Positions 18,113 to 28,363 are shown, numbered from the stretch's first letter. The stretch is DNA of 64,000 nt from an uncultured bacterium (GCA_963718575.1 OY970358.1:322172-386171), one strand, 5' to 3'. Notes: generated by a model from the letters alone, not told the origin. Program-made: numbers and translations.

Positions 18113-19626
18113 AAGCCCGACGGTGACAGCGGAAAGGTCATGGAGAACGTGTATGCCCCGGTCGTACCCTGGATGTTGAGCAACGGCAACGTTACCGTGC
18201 CGAAATGCGGATCGCTCTGGATCGCGTTTCTGAACGCTGCGATTTGATCCTCCGATTGCGCGGTGCCGGCGACAAGAATGGGAGTATTCGCCGCCTGGAA
18301 GGAAATGTTGTCCACGGTGACGCCGTTCGCCGCGGCAGTCGCGTTGATATCGGTGATCATCAGATAATCATTATTGATCTGCGATTCTGCGTTGGCGATG
18401 AGCGAGACCGACTGGTTGAATGCGGTGGAAGACGCCTCGAGCGCACCGATCTCTGCGGACTCATTCCGCTGCCCTGCAAACGCCACGGACGATTCGAGGC
18501 TGCTCGCCGTAATGCTCAGGAAATTATTTGCAAAGGCATACATGACGATAAGGCATCCAAGTACCACGGGGATCAATACGCGCCAGAGCGCAAAAAAATC
18601 AAGCAGGCGTTCGTCGTGGTACGTATCCACCGCACCGGAGCCCGAGAGATTGATCTCTTTATCCTTCGGGTCCGCATGAATTCCCCGCAGGCCGCAACCG
18701 AACGCCACGAACCATTCCGGAGGAACCTCCTCGCCCATAGTGAGCGTAAGCGGGATGACCGGCAACGCCATGGCCGATCCGGCGATGGCCGGCTCGGCCT
18801 CCTCCTCGAATGCCACGGCGGAAAGCAATATGCCGGCAAGCGGTTCCGGCCAATGCTGGGAATAGAAATTAAGCACCTGCCGCGTGTTTGCCGCGAGCAT
18901 CTCTTTGAATTTCGCCACTAAGACCTGCCCTTTATCGTCGCTGATATCGGCCCACGCATTCGGATATTCAAAATATAATTTCCCGGCCCGGACAACCAGA
19001 AAATCTATGCCGGAATTATCAATGTCGACCACCAGATATGATCTTCCCGGATCGATGCCGCCCCCCTTCTCGCGTAATGCCCGGACGAGTGCGAGCGCCC
19101 GCGACTCGAGCCCTACCGTGATGAATCCTGCCGCGTAGAGCGCCTGGATCATTCCATCCACGATCACCTTGTCCGCAAACGCCGCGGCGATCTCCGAACG
19201 TAAGCTTTTTTCATCACGGCCAATGAGCTGCCAGCCATAATACGCCTGTGAAATGTCCATAGGAGAAAGCATCTGGACGTTGAGATCGATCGCCCTATCC
19301 AGATCGCTTCCTTCCATGGAAGGAAGAGCGAATACCTGGCTATACATGTTGACCGAACTCAGCGCAACAACGACATTCAGTTTCTCTTTTCCTCTTGTAG
19401 GCACCTTTGCCCTCAATTCACGGAGCGCGGCGTAGAACGCCGCCGCGTCCTTTATCTTTCCTTTTTCCAAGACCCCCGGCAAAAGACGGACAGCTTCTCT
19501 CTTCCAGACGCCTCCTTCAATATAGACGAAGCGCAGCACCTGATCGCTTATCTCAAGACCCTCCGCGTGGGCGCGAAGGCGCAGGAGGGAAAGTATCTTT
19601 TGATAATATGCTTTTAATAATTCCAT
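18109..19626 (-). CDS. pilM: Type IV pilus assembly protein PilM (actin-like) fused to a TM plus PilN-like C-terminal region
   Basis: About 350 aa of actin-like fold, then TM helix VLIPVVLGCLIVMYAFA, then about 130 aa periplasmic. Sits in the pilus locus. Confidence 0.6.
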   Translation of the reverse strand: MELLKAYYQKILSLLRLRAHAEGLEISDQVLRFVYIEGGVWKREAVRLLPGVLEKGKIKDAAAFYAALRELRAKVPTRGKEKLNVVVALSSVNMYSQVFALPSMEGSDLDRAIDLNVQMLSPMDISQAYYGWQLIGRDEKSLRSEIAAAFADKVIVDGMIQALYAAGFITVGLESRALALVRALREKGGGIDPGRSYLVVDIDNSGIDFLVVRAGKLYFEYPNAWADISDDKGQVLVAKFKEMLAANTRQVLNFYSQHWPEPLAGILLSAVAFEEEAEPAIAGSAMALPVIPLTLTMGEEVPPEWFVAFGCGLRGIHADPKDKEINLSGSGAVDTYHDERLLDFFALWRVLIPVVLGCLIVMYAFANNFLSITASSLESSVAFAGQRNESAEIGALEASSTAFNQSVSLIANAESQINNDYLMITDINATAAANGVTVDNISFQAANTPILVAGTAQSEDQIAAFRNAIQSDPHFGTVTLPLLNIQGTTGAYTFSMTFPLSPSGF

Positions 19627-19639
19627 ATATGGAGATCGA

Positions 19640-20056
19640 TCATTGCACGTCCGCCCATGAAACGACGCTTATCTGGCCGGTGATGGCGTTCTCCGAAACG
19701 ACGACGCTGATCTTTTTCGTATGGCCCGAGACCGTTGCCACGGAAAGGATGGTCGCCTGGCCGGAAGCGGGACTTCCCTGGGTGACGGTGACGGTCGCCG
19801 TCGTGGAGCTGGCCGCCGAGACGGTATATCCCCCGCTTGAGAATTGCGTGCCGGCGCGATCGAGTTGAAGAACCCCGTCTTCTGCCCCCGCCGTCGCTGC
19901 CGCCTCGGCCTTGAACTCCTCCGCGACGCCATATCCAGTATTTACATATGATAGCGTAAGAAACGCGATTAAAATGCCGGCAACCGCCAGAATTCCTCCG
20001 ATAAAGAATGTGAGCGCCAGGAATGCTTGTCCATTGCGCGACTGATAGTAATGCAC
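19640..20056 (-). CDS. Membrane-anchored hypothetical protein (possible PilO/PilP-like pilus component)
   Basis: N-terminal TM helix. Downstream of pilM/N in the same orientation. Confidence 0.4.
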   Translation of the reverse strand: MHYYQSRNGQAFLALTFFIGGILAVAGILIAFLTLSYVNTGYGVAEEFKAEAAATAGAEDGVLQLDRAGTQFSSGGYTVSAASSTTATVTVTQGSPASGQATILSVATVSGHTKKISVVVSENAITGQISVVSWADVQ

Positions 20057-20190
20057 TCTATTATTGTACTACACTCCCGATATTGGAACCTGATATGGTG
20101 GTTCATAAAGGTGTCAAATAACCCGCAATACTGCAATAACTTGGAATAATCGCGGTTTTTTATCCAAGTTCTTACCCCATTGCGCACTAC

Positions 20191-20218
20191 TTGACAAATT
20201 TTGTCTTAATAGTATACT
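20191..20218 (+). promoter_or_regulatory. Near-consensus sigma70-type promoter (TTGACA, 16-nt spacer, TATACT) with a leader of about 100 nt and an AGGAGG RBS
   Basis: cTTGACAaattttgtcttaatagTATACTaa upstream of the 20321 lipoprotein gene. Confidence 0.5.
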
Positions 20219-20320
20219 AATTGCAGAACCAAAACTGGTGGGCAATCTTGCCTGCCGGACCAAAAACTCAACATTTAACGCAGGTGACGGCCATGGAAGG
20301 CCGGCCTAGGAGGAATCACC

Positions 20321-21499
20321 ATGAAGAATCAGTCTCGTTTTTCACTGGCCGGCTTCGCTATTCTGTTCGGCCTCACCATGGCCTCAACCGGATGCGGCAG
20401 CGGTGGAAGCACCGGCGGCAATCCGCCACCACCGCCTCCGCCGACACTCGCGTGGAGCAATAACACCAACCCGAGCAATCTTCAAAACTGCGGTGGGGCG
20501 ACATACTCGTACCCCGCAACTGGAAGCAGCGGAAGTGTTACCTACACGTTGGATAACTCTGCATTGGGAACAATCAACGCCGACACTGGGCTCGTAACAG
20601 CAAACTGCTCCAAGAACTTCGTGGCGGCCAGCGGCCATGTCGTCGCAACCGACGGATCCACATCCATCAATTGGCCGGTGGCGTTGGTCAACCAGATCGC
20701 TTACACCAAAAGCGGCTCTGCGGGCGATAGCTTCACTGACACGTTCGTCGTAAACAGCGACGGAACATCACCAACGAAGATCATCGCGAGTGGTTGCATC
20801 AACCCAAGTTATTCCGAAGGCCATGTGAGTCTCGCCTGCATTGCGAGCGTCAATCCGCAGGATCAGGTGCAGATTTATAAGACCGACGGCATGACAACGC
20901 CGACCTTGACCACAACACTCACCTTCGCGTCACTCAAGCAAATTCTCTTCGTCTCGCTATCCCCCGATGGCAAGACGCTGTTGCTCACCGCTGAAGCCCC
21001 CGGCACTTTCGGGGTCTACAGCGCAAGCGCAATCGACGGAAGCGCACTAAAATCCCTTTACCAGGAAACGTGCTCAGGGAGTTTCTGCGTAGGTACTGGC
21101 GCGGCAAGCTGGAGTCACGATGGCAAAACCATCGCGTTCACCAACGTCGTGAATGGCCAGGGTACTATCTGGACGATGAACGCCGACGGCACCGACCAAG
21201 CCGCTTGGTTGCCTGCAGGAGTCCCAGGGGACGAAGCTCTATTCGCTGTTGGCGATCAGGAGATCTTCTTCACCTCGTCGTCAGGAGCGCCTGGTATTTA
21301 TACCGACGGCCTTGACGAAGCTCCATCCGCGAACCCCGTTATCCCTAACGGCAATAACTTCGCATTGTCACCTGACGGTGGATCCATCGTCTACAATCTT
21401 CCGGGCGCTAACGGATCCACGAGCATCTACGTCGCCAACGCGGCAGACGGAAGCGACGCAAAACTGATCAGCGCCGCTCCAGGCTCCATCGCGTGGTAA
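20321..21499 (+). CDS. Lipoprotein with a Big_2-like Ig domain and TolB-like (PD40) beta-propeller repeats
   Basis: Lipobox ...LTMASTGC. Repeated SPDGKTL/SHDGKTIAF/SPDGGSIVY blades. Confidence 0.6.
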   Translation: MKNQSRFSLAGFAILFGLTMASTGCGSGGSTGGNPPPPPPPTLAWSNNTNPSNLQNCGGATYSYPATGSSGSVTYTLDNSALGTINADTGLVTANCSKNFVAASGHVVATDGSTSINWPVALVNQIAYTKSGSAGDSFTDTFVVNSDGTSPTKIIASGCINPSYSEGHVSLACIASVNPQDQVQIYKTDGMTTPTLTTTLTFASLKQILFVSLSPDGKTLLLTAEAPGTFGVYSASAIDGSALKSLYQETCSGSFCVGTGAASWSHDGKTIAFTNVVNGQGTIWTMNADGTDQAAWLPAGVPGDEALFAVGDQEIFFTSSSGAPGIYTDGLDEAPSANPVIPNGNNFALSPDGGSIVYNLPGANGSTSIYVANAADGSDAKLISAAPGSIAW

Positions 21500-21573
21500 T
21501 TCTAATTCGGGGCGGCAACCACCGCCCCACAGCACAGCCTGTCCTCTCACGGATGGGCTGTTTTTTTATTTTT

Positions 21574-22962
21574 TTAGTTGCACGCCTGTATTGTTGTAGA
21601 GGTGGTATTTGCCCAAACATCGCAATGCTGGCCGGTTGGAACACCATTATTTAGACATGCGGCTATGTCTCCCTCATCCACAACTTCCGGCAATGCTGAG
21701 CCGCACGAAGGAATTCCTTCAATGCCAAGCGTACCTACCGGGCTGTTACACGTGCTGGGACCGCTACAATTCCCCGGACTGGTTAACTGTCCGCTCCCGC
21801 TGTATTCACTATTGATGCTCGCGGAACAATTGTAATTGAAATTCACCGAGCCAGCGCCACCGACATTTGTGGTGGTAGCAGTCGTAAACCATGCGGTCTG
21901 GCCCGGAAAAACATTTGCATTACTATCATTGCAATCGTTAAAGCCGATCGTGGGGGTAGTATCTGACGAACGAGCCGGTCCGGCCGACGAACTAGTAGAC
22001 CAACTAGAACCGGCAAGATATCCGTCATGATCGGCATCGGTTCCGTACATCTGGCCCGTTGCTATTTCGCCACCGGCAGCAATGGTTACTTGGCCGCTCC
22101 CAGAAAACGTCATCGTACTCCCGGGTGTTAGCACAAAGGTATAGCCGTTCCCTATGGTCACCCCTTCATCAACCACAATCAATGCATTCTCGGGACCGTC
22201 AATCGGATCGGAAGATCCAAACGAACACCCTCCTGAACCATATGCACTACCGGTAAAGTTAGAGCCTGAGCTGACGTTCCACTGCGCTCCATTGTAATTA
22301 TTGACGCTCCACCCACACTGGGCATCCGTCCAAGCAATCTTCGCCGAGTTCACATTTCCCTGATTGTCGGTCGCAGTGAAGGTGGTAAAATACCGCGCAA
22401 CGTGCGTGTCCTTAACCGTCCACGTGACTGAATACTTCTCATCCCCTTCCGCCGCCTGTGCGACATTGTTTGAGCCGGTGCTATTGTTCGGACCGGCGAG
22501 CATCAGCTGATTCTGCGTGTTCACGGAATATCTTTGGGGCAGAATATCGTCCGATGCGGCAGGGCCGACGAGCATGAGCGGCACCGTCGTCGTGCCGTTG
22601 TCCGTCTGGATATTCGCGACGACCGAAGTGACCGGGTTGGGATCGGAAACAATGACGGTCAACGTCTGCGTGTCACCCACGTGGACATCGACGGGATTCA
22701 CGGTCGCCTGAACGATCTTCGGGGTCACGCCCGCAGCTTGCATGATCTGATAGGTCTGCGACCCGTGCGGGATCGGCGCCATCTTTATGGGTGTGGTGCT
22801 CGTGGCAACCGCCGCGATCTGATTGCCGGGCTGAGGATTCACCGCCTGCTGGGTCGGTGCCAATGATCGTTTTGGCAAAAGGATGACCACGACAGCGATC
22901 ACTGCGGCAACGATGATGATGCCGACACCGAGCATGATTGTTTTTTTACTTGAGGACTTCAT
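21574..22962 (-). CDS. Secreted/membrane-anchored hypothetical protein (462 aa) with a Cys-rich C-terminal region
   Basis: N-terminal TM/signal IMLGVGIIIVAAVIAVVVILL. Thr/Ser/Gly-rich composition. Confidence 0.5.
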   Translation of the reverse strand: MKSSSKKTIMLGVGIIIVAAVIAVVVILLPKRSLAPTQQAVNPQPGNQIAAVATSTTPIKMAPIPHGSQTYQIMQAAGVTPKIVQATVNPVDVHVGDTQTLTVIVSDPNPVTSVVANIQTDNGTTTVPLMLVGPAASDDILPQRYSVNTQNQLMLAGPNNSTGSNNVAQAAEGDEKYSVTWTVKDTHVARYFTTFTATDNQGNVNSAKIAWTDAQCGWSVNNYNGAQWNVSSGSNFTGSAYGSGGCSFGSSDPIDGPENALIVVDEGVTIGNGYTFVLTPGSTMTFSGSGQVTIAAGGEIATGQMYGTDADHDGYLAGSSWSTSSSAGPARSSDTTPTIGFNDCNDSNANVFPGQTAWFTTATTTNVGGAGSVNFNYNCSASINSEYSGSGQLTSPGNCSGPSTCNSPVGTLGIEGIPSCGSALPEVVDEGDIAACLNNGVPTGQHCDVWANTTSTTIQACN

Positions 22963-22986
22963 GGTGTGAAGGATTAAAAATAGTTA

Positions 22987-25900
22987 TTAATTTATGGTGA
23001 AGTTCGGCGCTTCACTTGTCGGTGCGGTGTTGGACCATTGGCTCGCATCAAAGCGCGGCGCGCTCAAGCGATATGAGACCTCGCCAGCCTGATCGCCGAA
23101 GATAGTGAGCGTGCCGGCCGCCGCATCTTTGGTATACCACGTATTCCCGTCGAACGACGGCGTGAGGATCACGATCATGCTATCGAGCTGAGCCGGAAGG
23201 TTCGTTGCCTTGCCAAAAAGCCAGAGGTCCGAACCCTGCGCGAGCGTATTGAAGTCGATCGTCGTTGAGCACGTCGCGCCGGGACCCTTCGCGCACGTAA
23301 GGTCGAGCAATCCCGTCGTCTCTTCTTTCTCGCCCGTCATCGCCGGATTGTATGTTGCGTAATTTTTTCCGTCGATCGAATAGACAGGGTCGATCGTCCC
23401 GACGGTAAGCTTCCCGGCAATATTCACGTTACCGGAAGAATTCAATGTAAGACCCCAGCCGCTGTTATATAACCCTATGAGACCGCCGTCATTTCCCATA
23501 AATTCCGTGTCGCCGTTATTGACCCATACGCCGCCGTTACTACTACCGTCTCCGGTCTGTATGCGTCCATTGACCGCAAGATCGACGTTGCTACCCCCAA
23601 GGCCACCGATGGTAAGCTTGCTCGTCGGCCCTGATGTCCCGATGCCGACGTTGCCGCTCCCCGTGATCAAAGCATACCCGCCGCCGCTATTGGTAAAGTA
23701 CCCGCCGAAGCCGCTCGCATTAGTTGCTAATCCATAAGCCCCGACGCCATTCGACGCAGTCGACTGTCCCGCAGTACCGGCCCAATATTGGCCGCTCTCC
23801 TGCCCCGCCAGGAAGCCGGTCGTTCCACCGCCACCCGTGGCAGTTACCGAACCGATCCATGAAGAATTAGGTCCCGAAGTGAACGTTTGAGTGCCCGTCC
23901 ACGTATTCGCACTGCCAAGATTCAGGGAAATGGCATTGAATGTGCCGCCAGTGCCAACAGCAATCGATCCACCACCGCCCGAAAGACCCGTCCCGGCGGA
24001 GGGGCCGGTAATGGTAACGTTGCCCATGGCCGCTTGATTGCTCCCCGAGCCATAGTTTACGGAAATAGTACCCGAACCCGTGATGGTTCCGCCGGAAAGT
24101 CCCGTACCCGCCGTGACGCTCGTCACCGTACCCGCGTTGCCCGTCGGCCATGACGAGATGCAGTTTGCGCCGCTAAAGCAATAACTTGCGGCACTCGCCT
24201 GTCCGTTCACGGTCAAATTATCCCAAATGCCGACATTTCGCGTGCTGCCGCCGGCAGAATTATTCCCGACGATCATCAACGTTTTAAATGTGTTGTTGTC
24301 GTTATAGATTCCGGCGCCTCCGTCGCCCGTGCCATACGCAGCCCAAGATGCATAATTCGGAGTAAGGCCATAATTCCCCCCGATCGATCCTCCGGTCACT
24401 GTCAATTTATATCCCGGGCTCGTCGTCCCGATGCCGACGTCGCCGCCATTGAAATATGAGTTTCCGCTCACCGCCAGATCGTCCACGTTTGTACCGGCAT
24501 AGTTTTGAAGAAGGAGACCACCATTACCCGACCCTATCTTTACGACCGTGTTATTGAGATCGCCGTAAATGAGGGGACCGCCCGTTCCATTGACGCTCCC
24601 CGAGCCGCCGCCGAGGTAAAGATAATTTCCATCAACCTCTATGTTTCCGTTCACTTCCAATGCCTGGCCAGGCGACCCCGTCCCGATGCCGACATCGCCG
24701 CCATTCTCATTGATCAACGTATTACCGGTAGAACTATAATTTATATATAACGGGGAGGATCCTCCGTTGTTCAACGACCAAATTTGGTTACCATTAATAC
24801 CGATATTAGTTCCTGTCGTAGGGCCGACGTTAATTTGTACTGGGAATACATAATTTCCCCCGCCAGTATTGGAGCCGAACTGGCCGGAAGAGACATTGCC
24901 GGCAGAAATGGCGGAGACAACACACGTCCCCGCGATCAACTGACCTCCCGAATTGGTCCCGACGCAATTCTGACTCGTAAGGCCGGAATCAATGAGGGTC
25001 GTTGCCCGTGCAGTGCCGGCGACGTCAAGTAGATACGCCGGACTCGTCGTCCCGATGCCGACGTCGCCGTGAACGTTCAATCCGCCAGCGAGTCCCAAAT
25101 CTCCAGAAGTATCGAGTGCGTAAACCCACGCAACTCCCTGTTGGGCAATACCAAGAAGACTGGTATTGATACCGGAAACAGAAGTACCGGGATTATTTTG
25201 TAGCTGCGCACCATTGCTACTAGTTCCCAAAAGGAGAGCTACACTTGTATGGATATTCCCATTCACATCGAGTGGATAGGCAGGGGTCGTCGTCCCGATG
25301 CCGACGCTGCCGGGGAAGCTGTAATTTCCCCCGCCGGTGCCGGAGCCGAACTGGCCGGAAGAGACATTGCCGGCAGAAATGGCGGAGACAACACACGTCC
25401 CCGCGATCAACTGACCTCCCGAATTGGTCCCGACGCAATTCTGACTCGTAAGGCCGGAATCAATGAGGGTCGTTGCCCGTGCAGTGCCGGCGACGTCAAG
25501 TAGATACGCCGGACTCGTCGTCCCGATGCCGACGTCGCCGCCGGAATCTTGAAGGACCAATGAATTTGTGCCATTGGTGACCCCAACGGCCATATACGCA
25601 TTCGCGGGAGTAGCATTATAGTCCCACATAATTCGCCCACGGTTAGTACTGGCCTGCCCAACTTCAACATATGAGTTAGCTCCCGGATTTGCTGCCATAA
25701 TAGTACTCGCGGGTACGCCGGATGCCGCCCCGACATCAGTTCCAACAACCAAAGCATCCGACGGCGACGCTGTCCCGATGCCGACGTCGCCATTATCTAA
25801 TACCTCCATCCTATTCGCCCCGGCGGTTACGTCGTATATTCCAAATCCATTGGAGGCTGACGCACCCCCATAAAGATAGAACTCATCAGCGCCATCAGCA

Positions 25901-26493
25901 GCATCAAACACCATTCCATTTTGTGAACTGCCTCCGGTCAGTAATAGTTTCTCATTACCCGTGGCTGAAACAACAAGGGGTTGACTTGGTGTCGACGTCC
26001 CGATGCCGATGTTGCCAGGGAAGCTGTAATTTCCCCCGCCGGTGCCGGAGCCGAACTGGCCGGAAGAGACATTGCCGGCAGAAATGGTGGAGGCACCGAG
26101 ACCGCTTGCGTTGAGCGTTCCACCGACGATGAGATTATCGCCAATGATGGTGTCCCCCGCGGTGACGGTGCTGGTCGCGATGGAGACCGCCCCGTCGTCA
26201 CGAAGTAAAAGAATGGGGGTCGTGTTGTTCTCTAGAAACTTTCCGGCATAGGTGGTGTTGTCGCTCGTTCCGCCAAGGCTCAGAAATTTATCCCCGGATA
26301 TCGTCGTTGGGGTGCCGACAGCGACGTTGTTCGAGCTGTCACTGCCGATCGCGCCGGATCCGCTTGGCGGCGCCTGGGTCGGTCCAACGAATGCAAATGC
26401 CTCGAGCGCGAACGCAAAGACCATTCCCGCAACCAAAGCCCCCGCCGCGATGGCGAGGACACTCGGCGTCTTGAGCAATGGATTTTTCTTCAT
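22987..26493 (-). CDS. Giant (1168 aa) secreted repetitive fibre/adhesin-like protein with about 160-aa tandem repeats carrying GDVGIGT(T/A)SP motifs
   Basis: Signal peptide, then Gly/Ser/Thr-rich sequence. Repeated DVGIGTTSPAYLLDVAGTARATTLIDSGLTSQNCVGTNSGGQLIAGTCVVSAISAGNVSSGQFGS. The DNA repeats are near-identical. Confidence 0.7.
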   Translation of the reverse strand: MKKNPLLKTPSVLAIAAGALVAGMVFAFALEAFAFVGPTQAPPSGSGAIGSDSSNNVAVGTPTTISGDKFLSLGGTSDNTTYAGKFLENNTTPILLLRDDGAVSIATSTVTAGDTIIGDNLIVGGTLNASGLGASTISAGNVSSGQFGSGTGGGNYSFPGNIGIGTSTPSQPLVVSATGNEKLLLTGGSSQNGMVFDAADGADEFYLYGGASASNGFGIYDVTAGANRMEVLDNGDVGIGTASPSDALVVGTDVGAASGVPASTIMAANPGANSYVEVGQASTNRGRIMWDYNATPANAYMAVGVTNGTNSLVLQDSGGDVGIGTTSPAYLLDVAGTARATTLIDSGLTSQNCVGTNSGGQLIAGTCVVSAISAGNVSSGQFGSGTGGGNYSFPGSVGIGTTTPAYPLDVNGNIHTSVALLLGTSSNGAQLQNNPGTSVSGINTSLLGIAQQGVAWVYALDTSGDLGLAGGLNVHGDVGIGTTSPAYLLDVAGTARATTLIDSGLTSQNCVGTNSGGQLIAGTCVVSAISAGNVSSGQFGSNTGGGNYVFPVQINVGPTTGTNIGINGNQIWSLNNGGSSPLYINYSSTGNTLINENGGDVGIGTGSPGQALEVNGNIEVDGNYLYLGGGSGSVNGTGGPLIYGDLNNTVVKIGSGNGGLLLQNYAGTNVDDLAVSGNSYFNGGDVGIGTTSPGYKLTVTGGSIGGNYGLTPNYASWAAYGTGDGGAGIYNDNNTFKTLMIVGNNSAGGSTRNVGIWDNLTVNGQASAASYCFSGANCISSWPTGNAGTVTSVTAGTGLSGGTITGSGTISVNYGSGSNQAAMGNVTITGPSAGTGLSGGGGSIAVGTGGTFNAISLNLGSANTWTGTQTFTSGPNSSWIGSVTATGGGGTTGFLAGQESGQYWAGTAGQSTASNGVGAYGLATNASGFGGYFTNSGGGYALITGSGNVGIGTSGPTSKLTIGGLGGSNVDLAVNGRIQTGDGSSNGGVWVNNGDTEFMGNDGGLIGLYNSGWGLTLNSSGNVNIAGKLTVGTIDPVYSIDGKNYATYNPAMTGEKEETTGLLDLTCAKGPGATCSTTIDFNTLAQGSDLWLFGKATNLPAQLDSMIVILTPSFDGNTWYTKDAAAGTLTIFGDQAGEVSYRLSAPRFDASQWSNTAPTSEAPNFTIN
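24863..25546. repeat. Two near-identical direct repeats of about 200 bp (about 24863-25076 and 25337-25546) inside the giant gene. A third partial copy lies near 26035-26095. The 23-mer gtcgtcccgatgccgacgtcgcc recurs seven or more times.
   Basis: Visible identical stretches ...gccgaactggccggaagagacattgccggcagaaatggcggagacaacacacgtccccgcgatcaactgacc... Confidence 0.85.
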
Positions 26494-26505
26494 CGTGCGA
26501 CTTGA

Positions 26506-26955
26506 TTACTGCGCGGTGCTTGACGTCGTGGGGGTTGGGATCTGCGTGCCGGCAGTTTCCTGTTGCGCCGCCGCTTCGGCCGCACCCGGATTCTCTATGG
26601 CCTGTGCCACACTGCTTGTGGCCGCGAGCCGCGTCCATAAAATAATTTGTTTTGCGTTAAGATAAACATCGCCGGCGGGTCCCCACGCTATCTGACTGAA
26701 AGGATACACACCAACAGTCGGATTCCCTTTTGCGTCGGTGCTGCGCTCAAGGAACCACGCATCCTGGATGTGCGGCGTCGGGAACCAGTCAAGCGTACCA
26801 AAATAGACATCGCCGGTTGAAAGATACACCGCGGAGTACGGTGAAAGCGCCACGCCCGGCTTTCCCCCGCTCAAATTTAATCCGACCCAGACGCCAACAG
26901 CGACAAAAATCACGGCAACGACGATGATAAGGATGATAGTAAAATTTTTTTTCAT
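26506..26955 (-). CDS. Membrane-anchored hypothetical protein (149 aa)
   Basis: N-terminal TM helix. Sits in the pilus operon. Confidence 0.45.
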   Translation of the reverse strand: MKKNFTIILIIVVAVIFVAVGVWVGLNLSGGKPGVALSPYSAVYLSTGDVYFGTLDWFPTPHIQDAWFLERSTDAKGNPTVGVYPFSQIAWGPAGDVYLNAKQIILWTRLAATSSVAQAIENPGAAEAAAQQETAGTQIPTPTTSSTAQ

Positions 26956-26967
26956 AGTATGAGTGTG

Positions 26968-27531
26968 TTAATTCTTTGCAACGACGATAAGGTGTCCCAT
27001 GGGACCGCTCGACGGCCCTCCGCAGGAACTACAATAGAAGAGGAAGTTTCCGCTTTGAAGCGCCTGGAACTGGATGCGCTGGGTTTTACCTTTTGCGATC
27101 GGCGCATTGAAGCCATAATCAGGCTGAGTAAAGGAATAGTTCGCATCCACGGCAGTGATCTCAAGGTCGACGGTATCGCCCTGGTTCACGATCACCGTAT
27201 CGGGCACAAACGCGTTACTCTGGATGTTGATGCTGAAACTGCGGTATTGCACATTTCCCGCCGGATCGCCCACGCTTTGAACCGCAGGAACCGCAACGCC
27301 CGACGAAGTGCTTGTAGCACCTTTATTGGGAACCGTGACATTCGCCGGAACCGCAGTACGAGTGGTGGATGACGGCGTGATCGGAGCCACAGGATTCGTT
27401 GATGCGGTACCCGACGATCCCGGCGCGCCGGGTGCCGGAACACTTATAGGATGCTCGTACCAAACCACAGCAACTATGGCGATCACGACCACTATTATGA
27501 CAACGCCCACGATCTTCTTAGTGTTGCTCAT
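26968..27531 (-). CDS. Membrane-anchored protein with a C-terminal cupredoxin-like domain
   Basis: TM helix, Pro/Thr linker, then FVPDTVIVNQGDTVDLEI...GNFLFYCSSCGGPSSGPMGHLIVV (Cys/Met/His cluster). Confidence 0.5.
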   Translation of the reverse strand: MSNTKKIVGVVIIVVVIAIVAVVWYEHPISVPAPGAPGSSGTASTNPVAPITPSSTTRTAVPANVTVPNKGATSTSSGVAVPAVQSVGDPAGNVQYRSFSINIQSNAFVPDTVIVNQGDTVDLEITAVDANYSFTQPDYGFNAPIAKGKTQRIQFQALQSGNFLFYCSSCGGPSSGPMGHLIVVAKN

Positions 27532-27562
27532 AAAAATATTATAGCATAATGATATGTTTCTA

Positions 27563-28363
27563 CTAATAGATATTCACCCACGCGAGCGTCCCCGTTGCGC
27601 TCGCGGCGCAGAGATAGAGCGAATCCTTGGTTGAACCGCCGGGGGAATAGAAATCGAGGGTTCCCCGGTTGGTGGCGTTGCACGTCCCCTGCGGAGTGTT
27701 TAATAATTGCACCGCACCCTGCACCGAAAGAGGCTGGGCGGGGTTCAGCACTCCTATACCGACATTACTCCCGCTGAAATACATATCGCCGTTGATCGGG
27801 CTCCACATGTTGGTCGAGTTTCCGAGCGGCTCCGGATTTGACGATGCGTAAAGTCCCGTATCAAATGTCGCCGCCGAGACCTGCTCTATTGAAGTTTGGA
27901 AAAGCTGGCTGAATGATTGCGCAATATTCTTGGTGTTATAGGCGATCGTATACGAAATACTTACCGCATCATGTCCGGGAGGATTCGCGTTGCGCGTAAA
28001 GGAAAGATTGGAAACAGTGACCATGCCGGAAGTGAGCGGTTGCAGCGTCCCGGTGGCCGTTTGTTGGATATACACCGTACCGCTTGCAAGCGTTATATAG
28101 GTCGGGTCAAGCGAGGAGCTTGCCATTTCCAGCTTGAGCGTCGATGTCGGCGTGGAAGTAGGGATGTCGACCAGGCTCGCCGTTTGAACATAATACTGAA
28201 GTTTTTGTAAAAGAAACTGGCTTTCCTGGTTCACCGCAGCGCCCGACGATGATTGTACCTGCACCTGCGTGACCGTGGAAAGAATACCGATGAATGCAAT
28301 GACAATGACCGTGAAGATGCTTATTGCAATAAGCATCTCAATGAGCGTAAATCCTTTTCTCAT
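27563..28363 (-). CDS. Type IV pilin/pseudopilin (prepilin-type N-terminal cleavage/methylation domain)
   Basis: MRKGFTLIEMLIAISIFTVIVIAFIGIL. Confidence 0.8.
   Translation of the reverse strand: MRKGFTLIEMLIAISIFTVIVIAFIGILSTVTQVQVQSSSGAAVNQESQFLLQKLQYYVQTASLVDIPTSTPTSTLKLEMASSSLDPTYITLASGTVYIQQTATGTLQPLTSGMVTVSNLSFTRNANPPGHDAVSISYTIAYNTKNIAQSFSQLFQTSIEQVSAATFDTGLYASSNPEPLGNSTNMWSPINGDMYFSGSNVGIGVLNPAQPLSVQGAVQLLNTPQGTCNATNRGTLDFYSPGGSTKDSLYLCAASATGTLAWVNIY

Noticed and set aside
22987-26493. Highly repeated 23-mer (gtcgtcccgatgccgacgtcgcc) considered as a CRISPR array or MITE
   Set aside because: The repeats are in frame inside a continuous 1168-aa ORF and encode the GDVGIGTT motif. Spacing is irregular, and the intervening sequence is coding, not spacer-like.
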